A DNA stretch of 64,000 nt from Octopus vulgaris (lineage: Eukaryota), in NCBI GenBank assembly GCA_951406725.2, contig OX597815.1:96596001-96660000 (forward strand). Direction: 5' to 3'. Shown here piece after piece: positions 56,580-64,000 of the stretch (its first letter is position 1; the number at the start of each line of letters is the position of its first letter). The position numbers and the translations under genes are program-made. The notes beneath the pieces were generated by a model. The model was not told the origin of the DNA. It was given only the letters and a program-made list of their open reading frames with translations, and made no database searches.

Positions 56580-57162
56580 GGCTGTTTCTTTTAGTGGAGT
56601 TAGAAAAGAAACCTGTCGTTAATAACACACTACTACCTGAAAACGAAAAGGTCACACTGGAATGTGTCAACACTTGTACAGCATGCTGTATATAAATCTG
56701 CAAAATCAGGGTTTATTCAGTGACAGCCTATGGATGAAACTGCATTAGACAGCTTTAGAATTTATGTAAATATAGAGAAAACACTCTGTTGACGGTTGCA
56801 TTATAAATAATTCCCTATATTTGACCTGTTTTATTGCGTGTATTTTGCTTTATCTAGTCATTTGTCTGCGGCCATGATGAAGTTTACAATCGCTTTGAAA
56901 GGGTTTAGGCGAAAGAGAGAGATAGATAGATAGAGGGAGAGAGAGAGAGAAAGTGTGTATGTATGAAAGAGAGAGAAAAAGAGAGAGAGAGAGTGCATAT
57001 TCTCTCTCTATACACACACATATAAATATACGGTAAAAAATTAAAATATTGGAGTATATTTTCTGAAATGTATTCCTCTCTCAGCAGATAGTTCTATTCC
57101 TATGCAATTCTTGATCCTATATATGATAAAATGTTGATATAAGTATTCTTGTTCTCTCTCTC

Positions 57163-57214
<52 letters not shown>

Positions 57215-58947
57215 TATTTGCACATGTAGATGAAGATATAAATTTGTGCGTATGTGATTGTATATAAAATACATCTACTTGTGACTTTATGTGTGCATGT
57301 GCATGAGCGCACGCGTGTTTTTGTGTTTGTGTGTGTGTGTGTGTGCGTGGTTATAGTAGAAGTTTATATGCGTTGAGTTCAATATATGATTATATTGATT
57401 AATGGAACCGTGAATTTAGTTGGATATCATAGAAAGAAAGACTTGATCGTTCCACAGATAGTGATGGCAGAAATATTCGATTTAAATTTCTGTATTTGAT
57501 ATTTTCAACGTCTTCTTTTGATAGTACTTTTGGGATATTGATCGAATATGGTGTTTCTTTAGTTATTCTGACTTCGGGCTTAGAATTTAGTAAAGGAAAT
57601 GATATAGTTACCATTTATCTGCTCTATCAATATAGTGAATGTCCCAATTACATTTGCACGTACTTATCTTCCTGACTGCACATGTAAGAAAACAATTAGC
57701 ATATTTATATTAATTGCTTGAATAATAGTGATTGAAAAAGTAGTAAAGTCTTGGTAAATGCTACTTCATCACAATGTAATTATTCTCTATTAAGTTTTAA
57801 TAACAAAAGCCGGCGTGTTATAACTGTTATCATTCAATAGCCAACTTTGACTGCGTGGTGTATAATGATAATTAACATTAACCTATCTCTGAGAAAGGAA
57901 TATTGTAATGTCATCCATATTGTAGATGGAAATACGCCAAGAAGAACTGCAATAAACTATAATACGTGCCACTTAATATATCGAATTTTACACTTTCAAG
58001 TTGAATGTGTTGCGTAATCTACTTTAAATGAAGTGATTTACAAAGGATATTTGTGCTTCGAACAACATTTCTTTTGAACATAAGTCGAACTGAAAGAAAT
58101 TAAAGTCAAATTCCAAGAGGATTACAACTTAAATTCCGTTTTGGACACAATTCTCCGTTTAATGGAACATACCACAATTGATCTTGTTGAGATCGTGGTG
58201 AATTATTAGAATTTAATATTGAAATATTTTTGAAATTAATCCAGGGAAGTGATAGAGCTTAGATTTCGGAAAATGTATTTTCATTGGGGTTTTTCTTTTG
58301 AAATAACATAGCGCATGTTCTAAAGCGTATGCATGCTATACATAACAAATATTTCGTTAGATTCAATAATTCAGTTGTATAAAACTATAGGCTACGCTGC
58401 ATTCGCAATTACTTTCTTTCGATTGCAGACATCTAAGGAATCATTGCTACAATTCAACCATATATCTGTGAGAAAATGTTTGTTAATGGAAACTGTGAAA
58501 CGATTCATCTACGTTATTGATCATGTTGAGATAAGGATATCTTAAACATGTCACAGTAATGAACAGCTAGATGGAGCTGAGGAGATTTAACAGGATATTC
58601 GAAAATTCAAAGTACCCGATCAACGTATTTCTTAATCCTATCCACTCGTAGAAGTTTGCGATTATTCATCTGAATAAATTATGTTTAAAAAAGTGTTACG
58701 AGTGAAAATGGAATTGAAATTATCAGGTATGAAAACAAATATTTATATAGATATCAACCTTAAACGGAAATATATATATATATATATATATTCCCATGCA
58801 CAGTGAAAGTCGTGGAGTTTAGGTATGTGTCACAATGTGTTTCCACAAATATTATTTCACTTAGTTGCAATTCTGCCTCAGATTTCATGAAGCATCATGC
58901 ATCACCGCATCCAAGCAATAATTAACAAGATTATATGCATAAGTTTC

Positions 58948-59290
58948 TTTTTCACTTCTTTCAGTCATTGAAGTGCCACTATGGTGAAATATTGCAGGGT
59001 TTGATCGAATAAATCGAACTGAGTACTTATTCTTTCACATCTGCAAATAATTTTGTTGAACTCTTGAATAGAATCACTAGCTTATCAGGTCAGTTTTCAG
59101 GCGGTGGTAAGGAAGCAATCTCAGACACACCTATATACACATACACAAACACAAACACAAGTACCAGACAAAAAGAAAGATAGACACACTGAGAGACAGA
59201 TAGATAGACAAACACACAGACATGCAGACATACACAGACACACATATATACACCACGGGCTTCTACACAGTTTCCAGTTATCAAAATGCA
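58948..59290 (-). mobile_element. Degraded SINE family B, reverse
   Basis: TTTCAGTCATTG tail and CACGGGCTTCTACACAGTTTCC central motif in reverse. Confidence 0.6.
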
Positions 59291-60066
59291 GTGATTGTCC
59301 CAAGTTTATAAGGGAGGATTATTTCCCAACATACCGTGCAGTATGACTGAAACTCAACCAAGTATTTGCTTAATTTTTAAATTTTATTTTTGTTCTGTGT
59401 TCACGCCATTTCTAGTCCGCTATGTTGAATTCGCAGTTTACGATGCAATGGCATTTATTTTTCCAGCGAAGGATGAAGAAGTAGATTTGCGCTCGGACCG
59501 GAACTAAATACTGTAATGTAGATTGTCGACGCTTTAAGTTTTCTGCCACTCCATCAACTTTAGACAAATAACTCCGGTATTAGAACTCATAGACGGAACT
59601 AGAATGTATGGCATATAAGAAACAAATAGAATTCCAAAAATATACAATAATAACAAAGAAGTGTTTATATAACCTAAGTAGCAGAAGTGTTGAAATGTTT
59701 GATTATATTCGCTAAAATACTTCAAAAATCGATGAGAATTAAGAAGAGAGAAACATTAACAATTTGAGAGGATAGTCTAGTCTACCTTCGATGAGAGAGT
59801 TCAGAAGCGAAGAAAAAAGAATTGGTACGATTTCTCCATCATTTTAAATAACAATGGCAACGAAAAGGAAATAGAAATTTTGAAATCTATTAAGCAGGAT
59901 GAGTTGTGCAGACAAGAATTATGAAGTTTAGATACGAAGTTACGAAGACAAAAATTGCACGAGGAACACGCACACATATACTTACCTACACACACACACA
60001 CAGACAAATATATATATATATATATATATATGCATACAAACACATGCACAGACACACAAATGATCA

Positions 60067-60110
<44 letters not shown>

Positions 60111-60408
60111 GAAATCTACACGCACACACACATGCCTAACTCACACAAGCATATATATCGTTACTATTATGCAAATGTGTCGTAAGTCCAAAATGTTGCT
60201 TTTTCTGAAAAAGAAAAAAATATAGTTTCACCATTCCTTGGCAAAACCGTTGTACTACTCTTTGACAATTTTTGATATCTTGGCATCTGAAGCAGCTGGA
60301 GATAAGAAAGTTTGACCAAAAGAACCGGCTATTGCATGCAAAAATAAATATTGAAAGAAGAACGCATTTGGCCACATTTGGACATACGATAGTTTAACAT
60401 AATAGTAG

Positions 60409-60445
<37 letters not shown>

Positions 60446-60447
<2 letters not shown>

Positions 60448-60738
60448 AGGCGCGTGACTTAATGGTTAGGGGCATTCGACTCATGATCATAAGGTCGCGA
60501 GTTCAATTTCCGGCGATGCATTGTGTTCTTGAGCAACACACTTTATTTCACGTTGCTCCAGTCATCTCAGCTGGCAAAAATGAGTAATACCTGTATCTCA
60601 AAGGGCCAGCCTTGTCACACACTGTATCACGCTGAATCTCCCCGAGAACTACGTTAAGGGTACATGTAAATTACACGAGCAAGGTGTTCTGTTGATCGTA
60701 CCAGCTGGGACCCTCGTCATCTCAACCAACGGAGTGCT
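60446..60738 (+). mobile_element. CORE-type SINE (family C head and core, different 3' tail)
   Basis: GGCGCGTGACTTAATGGTTAG..GAGTTCAATTTCC..TGTGTTCTTGAGCAACACACTTTATTTCACGTTGCTCCAG; flanked by (TA)n. Confidence 0.82.
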
Positions 60739-60759
60739 TATATATATATTTCAGAAATT

Positions 60760-61067
60760 TTTTAGAAATTATTAGATTAGTTTAGGGATTAACTTTTGGT
60801 AAATTTTGTATTTCATTTCATGTTTTTTGATGGTTAGAATTCTACATGATTCCTGGCAGATAGCACACTTTTTTTTTATTATTTGATATGATAGACTTCA
60901 ATGATTTCATTTGTATTCTTGTTTTACTATTAAGAACAATAATTACCTCCATTTAGAGCAACTTTAAGCACAGTTCGATTTAGAAATATTTAAAAATATC
61001 TACAATAGCTATATCTAAAGTAGACTGTAAGAATGTACCTTATATTATAAATATGTTGAGTGATATA

Positions 61068-61121
<54 letters not shown>

Positions 61122-61170
61122 TATACACATACACATCTGATTATAGGTACGTATACAAATATATATGTGG

Positions 61171-61215
<45 letters not shown>

Positions 61216-61620
61216 TGTGTGTAACTCCCATTCTGCTGTAATTCATTCAATAATATTACGCCCTGTACTCCCCTGCAAATTTACTCTAAGGTAGAAGCAT
61301 AATTTTTTAGAAATCTTTTCTAGTGTTTTTTAGAGAACAACTTTTGGTAATATTTGTATTTCATTTAAGGTTTACGGCTTCTGATGGATAGATTTTAAAT
61401 GATTTCTGGCATGTAGCACATTATTATTATTATTATTATTTGATATATTACACTTACTTCAATTATTTTATTTGTTCGACTTCGATTCTTGTTTTACTTT
61501 TAAGAACCAGAGTAAGTTCAATTTAGAGCAACATTAAGGGCAGTTCAATTTTAAAAAATCTAGAATACCTCTAACTTGACTGTAAAAATGTATATTATAC
61601 TATAAATATGTTGAGTGATA
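60760..61620. repeat. Diverged direct duplication of about 310 bp (60760-61064 and 61306-61620)
   Basis: Shared blocks AACTTTTGGTAA, TTTGTATTTCATTT, ATTCTTGTTTTACT, ATTTAGAGCAAC and TATAAATATGTTGAGTGATA occur in the same order. Confidence 0.85.
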
Positions 61621-61890
61621 GATTGATTGGTAAATATATGGTTTGTTACATGCATATATTTGTGCAATACTTCAAAAAAAGTAGAGATATACGGTGCGAC
61701 GATCGAATATAATTGGGGATTTCATATTAAATTACACACACACTCGCACGCGCGCATACGTTTTATCTGTATCTCTGGTTCTGTCTCTCTTTTTTATCGA
61801 AATATATACACACAATTATACACGCATATATATACTCATAAACGCATATATGTATTTATGTATTCATATACACATGTTTATGTACTAATA

Positions 61891-61923
<33 letters not shown>

Positions 61924-62679
61924 GCATCTATATATGCATGTATATACATATATATATATATATACATATATGTATGTAAATATATCTATATGTGTGTTTT
62001 TATGTTTGTGTGTGTGTGTCTGTCAGTAAGATCATATCTGTATGCGCATTATATTTTTTTATACATGCGTCTATATGCCACACTTTTATGCATACAGTAT
62101 ACGTCTATGCGTATTGAATTTCACCAATAATATTCTTCCTACTCTACTATGTTTCATCTTGGAAATTGTTAGGTCAATGGGCATGAAAGAGAATAACATA
62201 AAGTAAACTCTACATTTGCCAACTATGCTACATATAAAAAACACACACACACACACACACTTACAGTAAAAACAGCAACAAAACTTATACCCTATATTTT
62301 GGCATTGCTTACTCTCTCTAGGTAATTGACATTATGTTTAATGTAGCCATAGAAACCTGAATTTTGGTGATGGCATCTAATTTCGTTCTATAAAGTGTGC
62401 TATATTGAAGTTCACCTTTTAGAGAAGGAAATGCTTTTAACAGTGCCAAGGAATCCAACTAACCATGTATTTATATCACATGTCTGCAATCCGAATTTCC
62501 TGGAAGTATTCCAACCAAGTTTAGTATCACACCGTAAACTCGTGTTAAATCATCTGGATTGCTGAATTCTCTTTCATTTTCCGCTTAATATAGACTTTTT
62601 CTGCTTGCCAACAGTATGTGTATATTCAAATATTAATTTCATCATATAACGTATATGAAAGTATGCACCCCCGCGCACA

Positions 62680-62750
<71 letters not shown>

Positions 62751-63075
62751 TCATATCGCTCGCGCGCACTTATCTATGAACGTATGTACGCGTGTGTGTA
62801 CGTATGAGTGCATGCTTGTATATGTGTGTGTATATATGTATATGTTTGTGTATATGTTTGTAGTTAGGTTTGAGTATACTTTATAACTGTTTTCTTTCGT
62901 CATGAATTTAAGATGTCAGCAGAGTATAGAAGGACCTCAACGTTTTTGATGGGAAAGGCAAGTAGTTATGTAGTTTCACTTCAAATGTTATTCGTAAGTC
63001 GTAAGTGGTTAAATACATACATACATTCATACATACATACATACATACACATATATATGTATATATATATATATG

Positions 63076-63129
<54 letters not shown>

Positions 63130-64000
63130 CATACATACATACATATACAATTATATATATATATATGTTGGATTGGGTGTCTACGTATGATAGTCTAAGT
63201 TGTTAATCAGATACATATTCTTCTCATTATTTAAAGGTCGTTTCGTAATTCTCCAAAACAAATATTATATAATTTCTCATGAGGAGATATTATCAAATTG
63301 TGATGGATATTATCTACAATAAACCCTGGAAATAGATAACAGTTCAAAGGTATTATATTGTATAAGTATACATGCTATACCTAAGTTAGTTACAAGCTAA
63401 TGGCTGTGCATTTACATTTTGTCCACGTAGTACATTAAACATTTTATCCACTCTATGAAGATTAAATTATAAACTACATTTAGGCTGTTATAGAACTATT
63501 ATCTGGACTATGCTGTGCGAAACTCACTTTGTTAATCATAGAATTTAAAGGTATATTAGTATGCTTTTATTATATTAGAAGTAGAAAGAAACTGGGACAT
63601 TCAACCATGGTTGTTAAGAAATGTCATATGAATATATCTGTTTACGTATTTTCTGAATAGTGATCCCAGTTTCCTATAAGTAATTAATGAAACGTTTTTG
63701 AATAGTTGAGATATTTATCATGAAATGAGCATGCAAAATCTTGCAGAAATAGCGCTTGCTTTTCAATGATATACCAAGAAACATGGTCCACGTGACGGTA
63801 ACTAGATGTAACTAATAAAGCAGCATCAATCGTTAAGTGACCTGTAGGATGTTTCAGCTAGCTAATTACTGCTTCGTTATTGTGGCCTTATTGGTCACTT
63901 TTAGTAAACTCATAGATAACGAAACGAAGTATATAGAAAGTTCAAGGGAGATAAATCAACTTAATATCCTTAGCCACAGTAAAGTTTACTAATTAGATTA

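Overview
AT-rich, microsatellite-saturated eukaryotic DNA, most likely from a coleoid cephalopod (Octopus-like). That assignment is inferred from the repeat families and SSR profile, not proven. Almost all ORFs in the supplied track are translations of (TA)n/(CA)n/(ATT)n/(TATG)n repeats. The supportable content is mostly a transposon landscape: three tRNA-derived SINE families (one forming a head-to-tail array at about 2-7.5 kb), CR1/L2-group, RTE and R4/Dong LINE fragments, and two Tc1/mariner relics. There are also several Penelope-like (GIY-YIG) relics carrying degenerate type-I hammerhead ribozyme motifs, often arranged as fold-back elements embedded in TA microsatellites. A chain of small, phase-compatible minus-strand exons (56.6 kb to 26.4 kb) may encode the N-terminus of a secreted or surface glycoprotein; this is tentative and found by eye. 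Several near-perfect hairpins are noted. No prokaryotic features, CRISPR arrays, rRNA or true tRNA genes were found. Coordinates of degraded elements are approximate.
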